Shown here in pieces: positions 9,173 through 19,221 of a stretch of DNA of 64,000 nt. Source of the DNA: Actinomycetota bacterium. GTDB taxonomy: Bacteria > Actinomycetota > AC-67. Positions within the stretch are counted from its first letter, which is position 1. Each line of letters opens with the position of its first letter. The notes under the pieces are model-generated. The model did no database searches. It saw only the letters and a list, made by a program, of their open reading frames with translations, and was not told where the DNA came from. The DNA lies in assembly GCA_046713235.1 (NCBI GenBank), contig JBKKBZ010000116.1, positions 2,742-66,741 on the forward strand, in the 5' to 3' direction. A program made the position numbers and the translations under genes.

Positions 9173-9577
9173 CTACACGTCGACGTAGACCCGAGCCATC
9201 CATTCGGACCTAGTCTTGGACACGGTCAAGCCGTGATAAGTGACCGCCTTGATCATGGGGCCGGCCGGCTCGGAGTCGATAACCACATAGACGTCCCCCT
9301 CCGCACGAGTCGGCGACACCTGCCGGAGGTCGGCGCCTACCACAAGCTCGCCTCGGGTCTCGAAGCGGTACAGGCACTCCTCCAGGAACTGGACGAGGGT
9401 GTCCTCAAGGTCGGACCCCTCGACCAGGATCGCCCGGGCGTCGTCGGAATCGTCGGGCTCGTCGTCGAGGATGATCGCCGCAAGGGCGCGAGCCGCGTCG
9501 GCGAACAGGACGGGAAGCTCGGGCGCACGCACCTCGATTCCCACGTCCGCCGTGTGGGGGATGATCTCGTACGGCAT
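9173..9577 (-). CDS. archease (RtcB activator/chaperone family)
   Basis: ORF 9173..9577. N-terminus MPYEIIPHTADVGIEV...LFADAARAL and C-terminus KAVTYHGL match the archease family pattern. Confidence 0.85.
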   Translation of the reverse strand: MPYEIIPHTADVGIEVRAPELPVLFADAARALAAIILDDEPDDSDDARAILVEGSDLEDTLVQFLEECLYRFETRGELVVGADLRQVSPTRAEGDVYVVIDSEPAGPMIKAVTYHGLTVSKTRSEWMARVYVDV

Positions 9578-9581
9578 CCTG

Positions 9582-12032
9582 CTACTCCGCCTCTACCTCC
9601 GCGATCACCGGGGCCATCGCCGAGATCTGCTGATCCTTGTCGAGGCGCATAACCCGGACCCCCTGAGTGTCCCGCCCCATCCGGGAGATGTCCTTGCAGG
9701 CCATTCGGATCACTACCCCGCTGGAAGAGATGAGGAAGACCTCGTGACCGGGCCGGACGACCATGGCGCCGCGGATCTGGCCGCGACGGGAGGTCAACCG
9801 CGCAGTCTTGACACCCTTACCTCCTCGCCGCTGGCGCGGATAGTGGGTCAGCATCGTGCGCTTGCCGAAGCCGGACTCGGTGACGATGAGTAGCTCCCCA
9901 TTCGGGTCCACGACGTCGAAGGCGACCAATTCGTCGTTGCCTCCAACCCGCATCCCGATGACCCCGGTTGCGGTGCGACCCATCGGCCGGACGTCGTTCT
10001 CGTCGAACGTGATCGAATAGCCGCCTCTCGAGACCATGATGAGCTCGTCCTCGCCCGTCGTCGCGCGAACCTGAACGACTTCGTCGTCTGCGCGCAGGTT
10101 GACGGCGATGATGCCGTCGCGGCGCGAAGAGTCGTACGCCGAGAACAGGGTCTTCTTGATCACGCCGCGTTTCGTCGCGATGACGAGATACTTACGCGTC
10201 GCGTAGTCGCGGGTATCGATCACCGCGGCGATCGACTCGTCCCCGGCCAGAGGAAGCAGGTTGCGCAGGCTGATCCCGCGTGCGGTGCGGTCCTTCTCAG
10301 GGATCTCGTGCGCCTTGATGCGGTAGACCTTGCCGCGATTCGAGAAGAACAGCACGTAGGAAAGGTTTGTCGTCGTCAGCATCTGGCCGACGATGTCTCC
10401 TTCCTTGGGCTTCGCGCCGCGTATCCCCTTGCCACCCCGTCCTTGGGTCCGGAAGACGTTCGACAGCACGCGTTTGATGTACCCGGACCGCGTGATGGTA
10501 ACGACGACGTCGTCGTCGGCGATCAAATCCTCGACGTCGATATCGCCCTCATCGCTGCCGATCTGGGTGCGGCGCTTGTCGGCGTGGCGGGACCGGATCT
10601 CGCCCAGCTCGTCCTTGATGATGCCGCGAATGCGCATCGGATCGGCGAGGATCGCTTTGTATTCGGCGATCTTCGCCGACAGCTCTGCGTGCTCCTCCTC
10701 GATCTTCTGGCGCTCGAGCGCCGCCAGCCGGCGCAACTGCATGTCCAGGATTGCATTCGCCTGGATCTCGCTCAGACTGAACCGTTCCATCAGGGCGGTC
10801 CGCGCCTGATCCGCGTTCGCCGAGGCGCGGATGAGCGCGATGACGGCATCGAGGTTCTGCAGCGCCACCAGCAGCCCTTCGAGGATGTGCGCACGTTCCT
10901 CGGCCTTGCGCAAGCGGAAGCGCGTCCTGCGCGTGACGACGTCGATCTGATGAGCGATGTACGGTGCCAGCACTTGAGGAAGCGACAGCGTCCGCGGGAC
11001 GCCGTCGACGAGCGCGAGGCAGTTCACGCCGAACGAGTCCTGCAGCTGCGTGTGCTTGTAGAGGTTGTTCAGCACGACTTGTGGAATGGAGTCCCGCTTC
11101 AGCTCGATGACGAGCCGCAGACCCTGCCGGTTCGACTCGTTTTTCAATGCCTTGGCCGTCGCAGGGATGCCGGTTATGACCTTCTTCTCGATCAACTCGG
11201 CGATCTTGGCAAGGACCCGATCGCCGGACACCGTGTACGGCAGCTCGGTGACGATGATGCGCTGCTTGCCCGACGCCGTCTCCTCGATCACGGCTTTGCC
11301 GCGAACCTTGACCGAGCCGCGGCCGGTGGTGAACGCATCCTTGATGCTTTCGCGCCCCATGATGATGCCGCCGGTCGGAAAGTCCGGGCCCTTGACGTAC
11401 TTCATCAGTCCGGCAACGGTGATCTCGGGATCGTCGATCATCGCGATCGTGGCGTCGATGACCTCTCCAAGATTGTGCGGCGGAATGTTCGTCGCCATAC
11501 CGACCGCGATCCCGCTGGATCCGTTCACGAGCAGATTGGGAAACCGCGCCGGCAGCGGCATCGGCTCGACCTCTTCGCCGTCGTAGTTGGGCAGGAAGTC
11601 GACGGTCTCTTCATCGATGTCGCGAAGCAGCTCCATCGCAAGCCAGGTAAGCCGGCATTCGCTGTACCGCATCGCCGCCGGCGGATCGCCGTCGACGGAT
11701 CCGAAGTTTCCATGCCCCTGGATCAGCGGTGCGCGCATCGAGAAGTCCTGCGCCATCCGAACCAGCGCATCGTAGATCGCTGTGTCGCCGTGGGGATGGT
11801 ACCGACCCATCACGTCACCGACCACGCGGGCCGACTTCTTAAATGGGCGGTCCGGCCGGATGCCCTGCTCGTTCATGCCGTAGAGAATCCGTCGGTGTAC
11901 CGGCTTCAAACCGTCGCGCACATCGGGCAGCGCGCGTCCGACGATGACCGACATCGCGTAGTCGAGGTAGGAACGCTTGACCTCCTCTTCGATATCGATC
12001 GGTTCGATGTTGGGCTCGAGCGGAAGTGTCAT
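9582..12032 (-). CDS. gyrA: DNA gyrase subunit A
   Basis: ORF 9582..12032, 816 aa. Contains [31 protein letters not shown] and [10 protein letters not shown], plus C-terminal beta-pinwheel repeats. Confidence 0.98.
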   Translation of the reverse strand: MTLPLEPNIEPIDIEEEVKRSYLDYAMSVIVGRALPDVRDGLKPVHRRILYGMNEQGIRPDRPFKKSARVVGDVMGRYHPHGDTAIYDALVRMAQDFSMRAPLIQGHGNFGSVDGDPPAAMRYSECRLTWLAMELLRDIDEETVDFLPNYDGEEVEPMPLPARFPNLLVNGSSGIAVGMATNIPPHNLGEVIDATIAMIDDPEITVAGLMKYVKGPDFPTGGIIMGRESIKDAFTTGRGSVKVRGKAVIEETASGKQRIIVTELPYTVSGDRVLAKIAELIEKKVITGIPATAKALKNESNRQGLRLVIELKRDSIPQVVLNNLYKHTQLQDSFGVNCLALVDGVPRTLSLPQVLAPYIAHQIDVVTRRTRFRLRKAEERAHILEGLLVALQNLDAVIALIRASANADQARTALMERFSLSEIQANAILDMQLRRLAALERQKIEEEHAELSAKIAEYKAILADPMRIRGIIKDELGEIRSRHADKRRTQIGSDEGDIDVEDLIADDDVVVTITRSGYIKRVLSNVFRTQGRGGKGIRGAKPKEGDIVGQMLTTTNLSYVLFFSNRGKVYRIKAHEIPEKDRTARGISLRNLLPLAGDESIAAVIDTRDYATRKYLVIATKRGVIKKTLFSAYDSSRRDGIIAVNLRADDEVVQVRATTGEDELIMVSRGGYSITFDENDVRPMGRTATGVIGMRVGGNDELVAFDVVDPNGELLIVTESGFGKRTMLTHYPRQRRGGKGVKTARLTSRRGQIRGAMVVRPGHEVFLISSSGVVIRMACKDISRMGRDTQGVRVMRLDKDQQISAMAPVIAEVEAE

Positions 12033-12036
12033 CGGC

Positions 12037-13953
12037 TCAGATGTCCACGAACGCGTCCTTCGCGTTCCGCTGGATGAACTCCCGGCGAGACTCCACGTCC
12101 TCGCCCATGAGCACGGTGAAGATCTGGTCGGCCACGGCGGCGTCGTCGAGCGTCACCTGGAGGAGCCGCCGTGTCTCCGGGTTCATCGTGGTATCCCACA
12201 GCTCTTCCGCGTTCATCTCGCCGAGACCCTTGAACCTCTGGATCGGAACCTTCTTGTTCGCCGGCGCCCCGGCGAGCACCTCGTCGCGCTGCCGGTCGCT
12301 GAAGGCGTAGCGCTTCTTTCCCTCGATCACGAGCCGGTAGAGCGGCGGCTGCGCGACGTAGACGTGTCCGGTTTCGACCAGCAAACGCATGTGCCGGAAG
12401 AAAAAGGTCAGCAGAAGCGTGCGGATGTGTGCGCCGTCGACATCGGCGTCGGTGAGGATCACGACCTTCCCGTAGCGCAGCTTCGACACGTCCGACTCCT
12501 CCCCGATGCCTGCCCCGATCGCGGAGATGAGTGCGAGGATCTCGTTGTTCTCCAGGACCTTGTGGAGACGGGCCTTCTCAACGTTGAGGATCTTTCCTCG
12601 GATGGGAAGGATCGCCTGAGTCTCCCGGTTTCGGGCCTGCTTGGCGCTCCCGCCCGCCGAGTCTCCCTCGACAATGAAGACCTCGCACGCATCGGGGTCG
12701 TTCGATGAGCAGTCGGCGAGCTTGCCGGGCAGACCCCCAGCATCGAACGCACTCTTCCGCGCGATGTCGCGCGCCTTCTTTGCGGCGAGCCGGGCGCGGG
12801 CGGCCTGCGTGGCCTTCGCGACCACGCGGCGTCCTTCGGTCGGATGCTCCTCGAACCACTCCGCCAGCCGCGCGTTCAGCGTCCGCTCGACGAACGCGCG
12901 GATCTCGGTGTTGCCGAGCTTGGTCTTGGTCTGTCCCTCGAATTGCGGCTCTCGAAGCTTTATCGACACGATCGCAACGAGGCCCTCACGAATGTCCTCG
13001 CCTTGAAGGTTCTCTTCCTTTTCCTTCAGCAGACCCTTGGCCCGGGCGTAGCGGTTCACGACGTTCGTGAGCGACTTCTTGAAGCCCTCCTCGTGCATTC
13101 CACCTTCGTGGGTGTTGATCGTGTTCGCGAAGGTGTAGATGGAGTCGTTGAAGCCGGCGTTCCACTGGAGCGCCATCTCGATCTCGCGCTCCTCCTCGGC
13201 GGCCTCGAAATAGATGATCTTGTTGAGGGTCTCGCGGCCGGCGCTCAGCGCCTTCACCATGTCTGCGATGCCGCCGGTGAAGCGATAGGTCTGCTCGTTC
13301 TTCGGGTGGGTTCGCTCGTCGGTGAGGGTGATCGACACACCCTTGGTCAGGTAGGCGAGCTCCTTGAGCCGTTGCTGAAGCACGTCGAACTTGAACTCGA
13401 GGTCCTCGAAGACCTGCGGATCGGGCCAGAAGTCGACCGTGGTCCCCGACTTCTGCGATGGTTTACCGCGCTCGAGCTTGGAGGTCGCCTTCCCTCTCGC
13501 GTAGCTTTGCTTCCAGGTGAAACCCTCGCGGTGGACCGTGACCTCGAGGCGCTCGGAGAGGGCGTTCACCACGGAGACACCCACCCCGTGGAGACCTCCG
13601 GAGACCGCATAACCCTTGCCGTCGAACTTTCCGCCGGCATGGAGCACCGTGAGCACAACCTCGAGCGCCGGACGCTTGTCCTTGCGGCCGGGGATCGGCT
13701 GGACGGGGATCCCTGCGCCGTTGTCGGTCACGCGGACTCCCCCGTCGGCCATGAGGACGGCGTCGATCTTGTCGCACCGGCCGGCCAGCGCTTCGTCGAT
13801 CGCGTTGTCGACAACCTCGTAGACCAGGTGATGGAGTCCCCGCGGACCGGTGGAGCCGATGTACATTCCGGGCCTGCGGCGAACCGCTTCGAGCCCCTCC
13901 AGAACCTGGATTTCGCTCGACGTGTAGCTCGTAACCGGCTTGGCCAAGCTCAA
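12037..13953 (-). CDS. gyrB: DNA gyrase subunit B
   Basis: ORF 12037..13953, 638 aa. Contains [39 protein letters not shown] (Toprim) and [12 protein letters not shown]-like motifs. Confidence 0.98.
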   Translation of the reverse strand: MSLAKPVTSYTSSEIQVLEGLEAVRRRPGMYIGSTGPRGLHHLVYEVVDNAIDEALAGRCDKIDAVLMADGGVRVTDNGAGIPVQPIPGRKDKRPALEVVLTVLHAGGKFDGKGYAVSGGLHGVGVSVVNALSERLEVTVHREGFTWKQSYARGKATSKLERGKPSQKSGTTVDFWPDPQVFEDLEFKFDVLQQRLKELAYLTKGVSITLTDERTHPKNEQTYRFTGGIADMVKALSAGRETLNKIIYFEAAEEEREIEMALQWNAGFNDSIYTFANTINTHEGGMHEEGFKKSLTNVVNRYARAKGLLKEKEENLQGEDIREGLVAIVSIKLREPQFEGQTKTKLGNTEIRAFVERTLNARLAEWFEEHPTEGRRVVAKATQAARARLAAKKARDIARKSAFDAGGLPGKLADCSSNDPDACEVFIVEGDSAGGSAKQARNRETQAILPIRGKILNVEKARLHKVLENNEILALISAIGAGIGEESDVSKLRYGKVVILTDADVDGAHIRTLLLTFFFRHMRLLVETGHVYVAQPPLYRLVIEGKKRYAFSDRQRDEVLAGAPANKKVPIQRFKGLGEMNAEELWDTTMNPETRRLLQVTLDDAAVADQIFTVLMGEDVESRREFIQRNAKDAFVDI

Positions 13954-14130
13954 CTCCTCCAGGGCGTGCCGAAGCCCCGGGGAAGGGGCTCGGGGGGCCG
14001 GATCGGGCGACCGTTTCGAAGACCAATTCTAGCACGTCAGAGGCCTTTTTCGGCACCTCGGAGGCGCCGGTTTCGCCTCCTTCGGAGCATGTCCGACGAG
14101 CCGGACCTCACCTCCGCGGCCGGCTCCCCC

Positions 14131-14475
14131 TCATTCCTGTCTGGCCCGGCCTACGACGGCCCGCACCCGAGTCACCGATCCGGGCGGTAAGACGCCCGCG
14201 ACCCGCTCCAGCAAGGTTGCAGAAAGCAGCGTGAGCTCGGTGGCCCACGTGGGATTCTCGGCGCGAACGAAGAGCTCGCCGTCGACGAGCTTCACCGGTT
14301 CGCATCGGGCCGCGACGGTGGCCCCTACGATCTCCGCCCACCGCGCGGCAAGCTTGCCCAGAGCAAGCCGCTCCGACCAGCCGGGCCGATGACTGAGGTC
14401 CTCAATCAGCTCACCGAGACGCCGCGGGTCCTTGCGCCGCGGGTCCGTGTTGCCGTCATCACGCCGCATCGACAC
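14131..14475 (-). CDS. dciA: DUF721 protein (DciA-type helicase-operator family, Rv0004-like)
   Basis: ORF 14131..14475, sited between recF and gyrB as in mycobacteria. The sequence LGKLAARWAEIVG...LFVRAENPTWATELTLL is typical of DUF721. Its start overlaps the recF 3' end by 17 nt. Confidence 0.75.
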   Translation of the reverse strand: MSMRRDDGNTDPRRKDPRRLGELIEDLSHRPGWSERLALGKLAARWAEIVGATVAARCEPVKLVDGELFVRAENPTWATELTLLSATLLERVAGVLPPGSVTRVRAVVGRARQE

Positions 14476-15562
14476 GTCCCTCGCCGACGTGGAAGACCTT
14501 GGCTTCGAGCGAATCGGGAACCGCCCCCGGATCGGCCGCCGTGATGATGGCTTGCGCTCCGTCGGGCAGGGCGGCGGCCACTCGCTCGCGCCGCGCCGGG
14601 TCGAGCGGCTCGAGGGCGTCGTCGAGAAGCAGGACCGGCTCGTCCCCGCCCGTCGCTTCCCTCACCGAACTCCACGCCGCGAGCGCGAGCGCGAGCGTCA
14701 CCACCCACGCCTCTCCCTGCGACGCATGGGTCCGTGCCGGCAGGCCGTCGATCCCGAAAGCGACGTCGTCGCGATGAGGCCCCACCAGCGTCATCGCGCG
14801 GATGATCTCGTCCGATCGGCGCTCCTCAATGCGCGCGAGCATCGCCGCTGCCCAAGCTGCTGCGTCTGTTCCCACCCCGGGATGAGGAATGTTCGGACGA
14901 TAGGCGATCTCGAGCAGCCCGCGTCCCGCCACCGCCGCCCAGGCCGCGGCGGCGTGCGGCGCCAGCGCGCGGATGGCGGCTTCGCGCCTCGCCGAGATCT
15001 CTCCGCCGGAGGCCGAGAGCTGCGCGTCCCAGACCTCGATCCCGTCGGGCCTGCGCCCGGCCGACTCCCGTAGCAACGCGTTGCGCTGTCTAAGCGCGCG
15101 TTCGTAATCGCGGAGCACCCCGGCCAGCCGCGGCGTCACTTGCACGAGGATCTCATCGAGGAAGCGCCGGCGCTCGAGCGGATCTCCCCGAACGACCTCG
15201 ACCCGCTCCGGCGCAAAGAGACATGCACGAAGCACGCCGAGAACCTCGCGCTTGCGCCGAAGCGGCTCCCCGTCTAGCCGAACCCGGGACGCCCCCTGAG
15301 AACGGATCTCTACCTCGACCACCTGCTGCCTCACGTCGCGCTGCGTGTGAGCCCGAACGACGGCGCTCACACGGGACCGCTGGATGAGCGCCGGATCGGG
15401 GGCCCGGTGCGAGCCGAGAGTCGCGGCGTACCACGCTGCCTCAACGATTGAGGTTTTACCCGACGCGTTCGGTCCGACCAGTGCCACGCGTCCGGACGGG
15501 ATCGCGAGATCGAGTCCTTCCCAGCACCGGAACCCGTTCAGCTCGAGACGAGCGAGCCGCAC
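14459..15562 (-). CDS. recF: DNA replication/repair protein RecF
   Basis: ORF 14459..15562. Walker A GPNASGKTS, an ABC-signature-like SQGE region, and LLLDD (Walker B). Conserved dnaN-recF position. Confidence 0.93.
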   Translation of the reverse strand: MRLARLELNGFRCWEGLDLAIPSGRVALVGPNASGKTSIVEAAWYAATLGSHRAPDPALIQRSRVSAVVRAHTQRDVRQQVVEVEIRSQGASRVRLDGEPLRRKREVLGVLRACLFAPERVEVVRGDPLERRRFLDEILVQVTPRLAGVLRDYERALRQRNALLRESAGRRPDGIEVWDAQLSASGGEISARREAAIRALAPHAAAAWAAVAGRGLLEIAYRPNIPHPGVGTDAAAWAAAMLARIEERRSDEIIRAMTLVGPHRDDVAFGIDGLPARTHASQGEAWVVTLALALAAWSSVREATGGDEPVLLLDDALEPLDPARRERVAAALPDGAQAIITAADPGAVPDSLEAKVFHVGEGRVDAA

Positions 15563-15570
15563 CCCGCCCT

Positions 15571-16662
15571 CTAGGAAAGGCGTACCGGCATCAGTAGGTA
15601 CTGGAAACCGTCGTCCTGCGCGCCACGTAGCAGCGCCGGCTTTAGGCCGTCGCGCACCGACAAGATCAGCTCTGGTCCCTCGACCGCAGCGATCCCGTCG
15701 CTGAGATACCCCGGGTTGAACGCCACGGTCAGCGCTTCTCCCTCGAAAGTCGCGGCCACGTGCTCCGAAGCCTCTCCAAGATCTTGCGTCCCCGACGTCA
15801 GGCGCACACCTTCGGGCGAGAGATCGAGACGGACGGGCGCACCCTGCTGCGCGAGAATACCGACGCGCCTCACCGACTCGGCGAATGCTTCGCGCTCGAG
15901 ACGAAGGACATTGGGCTGGGCGTCTGGAACCAGTTGCCTCCAGTTCGGAAACTCACCCTCGATCAGACGAGTGGTGAGCCTGCGGGTGCCGGCCTCGACC
16001 CCGGCCTGCGTCGTCCCGAGCGCCAGTCGTACCTCGCTTTCATTGTCGGCGGCGCGCGCCGCTTCGCTCAAGGCGCGCCCCGGCACGACCCGGCGGAGCT
16101 CCTCGTCCGGCCCCGACCACGTGAGTGATCGCACGGCAAGCCGGTAGCTGTCGGTCGCCACCAAGGTAAGGGCGGAAGGACCGGCCTCCAGCAGGACGCC
16201 GGTCAAGATCGGCCGAGCTTCGTCGCGCGAAGCCGCCCGAGCCACCTGACTCACCGCGGAGAGGAAGAGCTTGGCGTCCAGTACACCGGTGTGGCCTTGG
16301 TCGGGAGCGCCGAGCGCAGGGAAATCGTCTGCAGGAAGGACGCGGAGCGTGAACTCCGCGGCACCTCCGACTATGCGAGCTTGAGACGCGTCGGTTTCGA
16401 GGAGAACTCCTCCTTCGGGAAGAGCGCGCACGATCTCGCCGAGCAGACGCCCCGGAAGCACGGCCCGGCCCGGCTGCTCTACCTGCCCCTCGATCTCCGC
16501 CCGGCCGGCGACCTCAAGGTCCGTGCCGGCGAACACGACTTTTCCTTCCCCTGCCTCGATGAGAACCCCGCCGAGCACCGGGAGCGTCGCCTTGCTTCCG
16601 ACCGATCGAAGAACCCATAAAACGACGTCGGCGATCTGGTCACGCTCGATCCGGATCTTCAC
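15571..16662 (-). CDS. dnaN: DNA polymerase III beta sliding clamp
   Basis: ORF 15571..16662, 363 aa with a three-domain clamp pattern (MKIRIERDQ...TLPVLGGVLIEA...LMPVRL). The GTG start is preceded by GGAGG. Confidence 0.95.
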   Translation of the reverse strand: MKIRIERDQIADVVLWVLRSVGSKATLPVLGGVLIEAGEGKVVFAGTDLEVAGRAEIEGQVEQPGRAVLPGRLLGEIVRALPEGGVLLETDASQARIVGGAAEFTLRVLPADDFPALGAPDQGHTGVLDAKLFLSAVSQVARAASRDEARPILTGVLLEAGPSALTLVATDSYRLAVRSLTWSGPDEELRRVVPGRALSEAARAADNESEVRLALGTTQAGVEAGTRRLTTRLIEGEFPNWRQLVPDAQPNVLRLEREAFAESVRRVGILAQQGAPVRLDLSPEGVRLTSGTQDLGEASEHVAATFEGEALTVAFNPGYLSDGIAAVEGPELILSVRDGLKPALLRGAQDDGFQYLLMPVRLS

Positions 16663-16848
16663 GGTTTCACACCTCCAGGGAGAATCGTACTTCGCGGCTG
16701 TGACAGAACCTTATCCACCCGATCTGTATCCAGGCTTTTAAAGGAATAATTCTGTAGTAACAGTCGTAGGGGCTGGGGACGCTGTGGAGAATGCCACGCC
16801 TTTGGGGAATTCGGCCGTCCCCCGCTGTGCACGGTGTCGTGGATGACA
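16663..16848. other. oriC: candidate oriC core (dnaA-dnaN intergenic): DnaA-box-like 9-mers plus an AT-rich unwinding element
   Basis: TTATCCACC at 16711-16719, TGTGGAGAA at 16783-16791, GTGGATGA-type box at 16839-16847. GCTTTTAAAGGAATAATTCTGTAGTAACAG at about 16733-16764 is among the most AT-rich stretches of the window. Confidence 0.6.
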
Positions 16849-18225
16849 TCAGGCCGATTCCACCTGCTGCGCGGTTCTTCTTCGGATTCTCGCCGTCAAC
16901 TCTTGGACCTGTGAATAGATTTGGCGGTGCTCGCCCATCAGCTTTCGGATCTTGCCATCGGCGTGCAAAACCGTGGTGTGGTCTCGTCCGCCGAAGATCT
17001 CGCCTAGCTTCGGAAGGGACAGCGGGGTCAGCTCCCGGCACAGGTACATGGCCACCTGCCGGGCCAGTACGATCGGGCGCTGGCGCGACGGACCCAGGAG
17101 ATCGCCGCGCGAGATGCCGAAGAACGAAACGCATTCCGCGATAACGACGTCGGGCCGGATCTCGCTGGCGCCCTCGGGAGCCAGCAGCGGGTTGAGAGCC
17201 TCTCGTGCCAGCTCCAGCGTCAGCGGCAGTCTCGACAGGGAGGACCACGATACGACCCGGATGAGCCGGCCCTCGAGCTCACGGATGTTGTTTTGCACGC
17301 GAGTCCCGATGAACTCGAGGACGTCATCGGGAACCTCGAAGCCTTCCGCCCGGGCCTTATTGTGGAGAATCGCCACCCGGGTTTCGAGATCAGGGGGCTG
17401 AACATCGGTGATAAGACCCCATTCGAAGCGGGTGCGCAGGCGATCCTCCAGCGAGGCGATGGCGCTCGGTGGCCGGTCGGAAGAGATGACTATCTGCCGG
17501 CCGTCGTTGTAGAGGGCGTTGAAGGTATGAAAGAACTCCTCTTGGGTGCGCTCACCGGTTGCCAGGAACTGGATATCGTCTACGAGCAGCACGTCGGTCT
17601 CGCGGTAACGCCGGCGGAACGCCGGCATCTTCTCCTCCCGCACGCCGCTGATGAACTCGTTCATGAATTGCTCGCTCGACACGTACCGCACGACCGCGGT
17701 CGGGTAGAGCGAACGGACGCAGTGTCCAATCGCGTGAAGCAAGTGGGTCTTTCCTAGACCGGCTCCCCCATAGATGAAGAGCGGGTTGTACGACCGGGCC
17801 GGTTGCTCGGCGACCGCCAGTGCCGCCGCGTGGGCGAACCGGTTCGAGGGACCGATCACGAACGTGTCGAAGCTGTATTTCGGAATGAGCTGCGAAGCTT
17901 CGGCGGCCGCGCGCAGTGGTGCCGGTACCGGGTCGGCCGGAGCGTCGAGGTCGAACACCTCCGGGGGCGCCGGCCGTGCGTCGACCGTGACCGATAGAGA
18001 AAGCGGCCTCTCCGCGGCAGCCTGCAGAGCCTCCGTGACTAGGCCTGCGTATCTTGTCTCCAGCCACTCCTTGGCGAACGCACTCGGGACTCCGAGGACG
18101 ATTTCGTCCCCGGAGAGGCTGAGCGGCCGGCTTCCTTCGATCCAGGTCTTGGCGCCGGGTGAGGGCAAGCGGTCACGCAGCGTCGCAAGGGTCCTCTGCC
18201 AAATTACGTCAAGTTCGTCGCCCAC
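16849..18225 (-). CDS. dnaA: chromosomal replication initiator DnaA
   Basis: ORF 16849..18399. Contains [15 protein letters not shown] (Walker A), LLVDDIQFL and a C-terminal HTH (DHTTVLHA). The preferred start GTG 18225 follows GGGAGG, though the 3-nt spacer to the GTG is short. The longer ORF would translate across a DnaA box (TTATCCACG 18248-18256). Confidence 0.93.
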   Translation of the reverse strand: MGDELDVIWQRTLATLRDRLPSPGAKTWIEGSRPLSLSGDEIVLGVPSAFAKEWLETRYAGLVTEALQAAAERPLSLSVTVDARPAPPEVFDLDAPADPVPAPLRAAAEASQLIPKYSFDTFVIGPSNRFAHAAALAVAEQPARSYNPLFIYGGAGLGKTHLLHAIGHCVRSLYPTAVVRYVSSEQFMNEFISGVREEKMPAFRRRYRETDVLLVDDIQFLATGERTQEEFFHTFNALYNDGRQIVISSDRPPSAIASLEDRLRTRFEWGLITDVQPPDLETRVAILHNKARAEGFEVPDDVLEFIGTRVQNNIRELEGRLIRVVSWSSLSRLPLTLELAREALNPLLAPEGASEIRPDVVIAECVSFFGISRGDLLGPSRQRPIVLARQVAMYLCRELTPLSLPKLGEIFGGRDHTTVLHADGKIRKLMGEHRQIYSQVQELTARIRRRTAQQVESA

Positions 18226-18501
18226 GGGCCTCCCTGGTCCACAATGGTTATCCACGGTTGTGCAAAACCCTGGGGAAGGATTCACGCGTAGACAAACAGC
18301 AACTTCGCGAGGCCGAGGGAAGGAAGGGCTTGCCCAGTCGCCGACGCTCATCGGCGGACGAGCGGGCGCGAAGATACCATCGGTTTCCACAGACCTCAAG
18401 AGCGGGAAAGCGCCTCACTTTTGCCCCTCTCTAACGGTGACGAGAGGCGCCGATCGGCACGGTTGCGCCCCCACAGGCCGACCCGTAGACTGCGGACTTC
18501 G
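18226..18501. promoter_or_regulatory. dnaA/rpmH divergent control region with DnaA-box-like sites
   Basis: TTATCCACG at 18248-18256 and GTTTCCACA at 18383-18391. This is a 276-bp divergent intergenic region. Confidence 0.5.
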
Positions 18502-18636
18502 ATGAAGCGCACCTATCAGCCACACGTTCGGCGGCGGAAGCGCACGCACGGGTTCCGTGCACGTATGAAGACGCGCGCCGGCCGCGCCGTGCTTGCTCGC
18601 CGCCGGCGCAAGGGTCGCGCCGAGCTGACCGTGTGA
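18502..18636 (+). CDS. rpmH: 50S ribosomal protein L34
   Basis: Internal ATG 18502 of ORF 18421..18636 gives [44 protein letters not shown], the canonical L34 sequence. Confidence 0.95.
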   Translation: MKRTYQPHVRRRKRTHGFRARMKTRAGRAVLARRRRKGRAELTV

Positions 18637-18995
18637 CCCGGGCTCCCCGCCCGACCATGAAGCGAGCGAACCGCCTCAGGGCGCCCAGCGAGTTCGCGCA
18701 TGTCTACAGCACCGGACGACGCATTCAAGGCGACGGCGTTGCTGCCACCATCGCTTTCTCCCAGGAGCGGGCGCCCCGCGTGGCCGTCACTTGCGCGCGG
18801 CGGTTCGGGACCGGCGTGGCCCGCAACCGGGCAAAGCGACGTCTGCGCGCCGCTATCGCCCCGCTGATCCCGCGCCTGCGGCCGGGATCCGAGACCATTC
18901 TTCAGGCAACCCCTGCGGTGCTCTCCATGAGTTTCCAGGTACTGCACTGGGAGATCATGGAAGTCCTTCGAAAGGGCCAGGTCCTGGATGCTTAG
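18633..18995 (+). CDS. rnpA: ribonuclease P protein component
   Basis: ORF 18633..18995. Contains [12 protein letters not shown]...[14 protein letters not shown] (RNR motif). GTG 18633 overlaps the rpmH stop (GTGA). ATG 18657 is an alternative start. Confidence 0.88.
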   Translation: MTRAPRPTMKRANRLRAPSEFAHVYSTGRRIQGDGVAATIAFSQERAPRVAVTCARRFGTGVARNRAKRRLRAAIAPLIPRLRPGSETILQATPAVLSMSFQVLHWEIMEVLRKGQVLDA

Positions 18996-19221
18996 GGCCC
19001 TCGCCATCGGGGTTCTCCGGCTCTACCAGGTAACCGCCGGGCGGGTGACCGCCGGGCACTGCCGGTTCCATCCCACGTGCTCGGAGTACGCCCTTCAGGC
19101 GGTGCGATCAGGTGGAGTCGTCCGCGGCATTTTCCTGGCCTCGTGGCGGATCCTTCGTTGCGGGCCGTGGAACCGGGGCGGCGTCGACTACCCGCCGCAT
19201 TCGGCGCGGTCCCATGGCTGA
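18988..19221 (+). CDS. yidD: membrane protein insertion efficiency factor YidD
   Basis: ORF 18988..19221. Contains CRFHPTCSEYALQAV...RILRCGPW, the YidD signature. Confidence 0.9.
   Translation: MLRALAIGVLRLYQVTAGRVTAGHCRFHPTCSEYALQAVRSGGVVRGIFLASWRILRCGPWNRGGVDYPPHSARSHG

Noticed and set aside
10308-14190. Very long plus-strand ORFs (589 aa at 10308-12077 and 448 aa at 12844-14190)
   Set aside because: They are antisense to gyrA and gyrB, whose products carry all canonical motifs. The antisense translations are Arg/Asp/His-rich low-information sequences typical of stop-codon-poor high-GC DNA.
18226-18399. Longer DnaA ORF start (516 aa, ATG 18399)
   Set aside because: The extension would be translated across a DnaA-box-like site (TTATCCACG 18248-18256) and has no similarity to the DnaA domain I. 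GTG 18225 is preceded by GGGAGG and gives a typical 459-aa DnaA.
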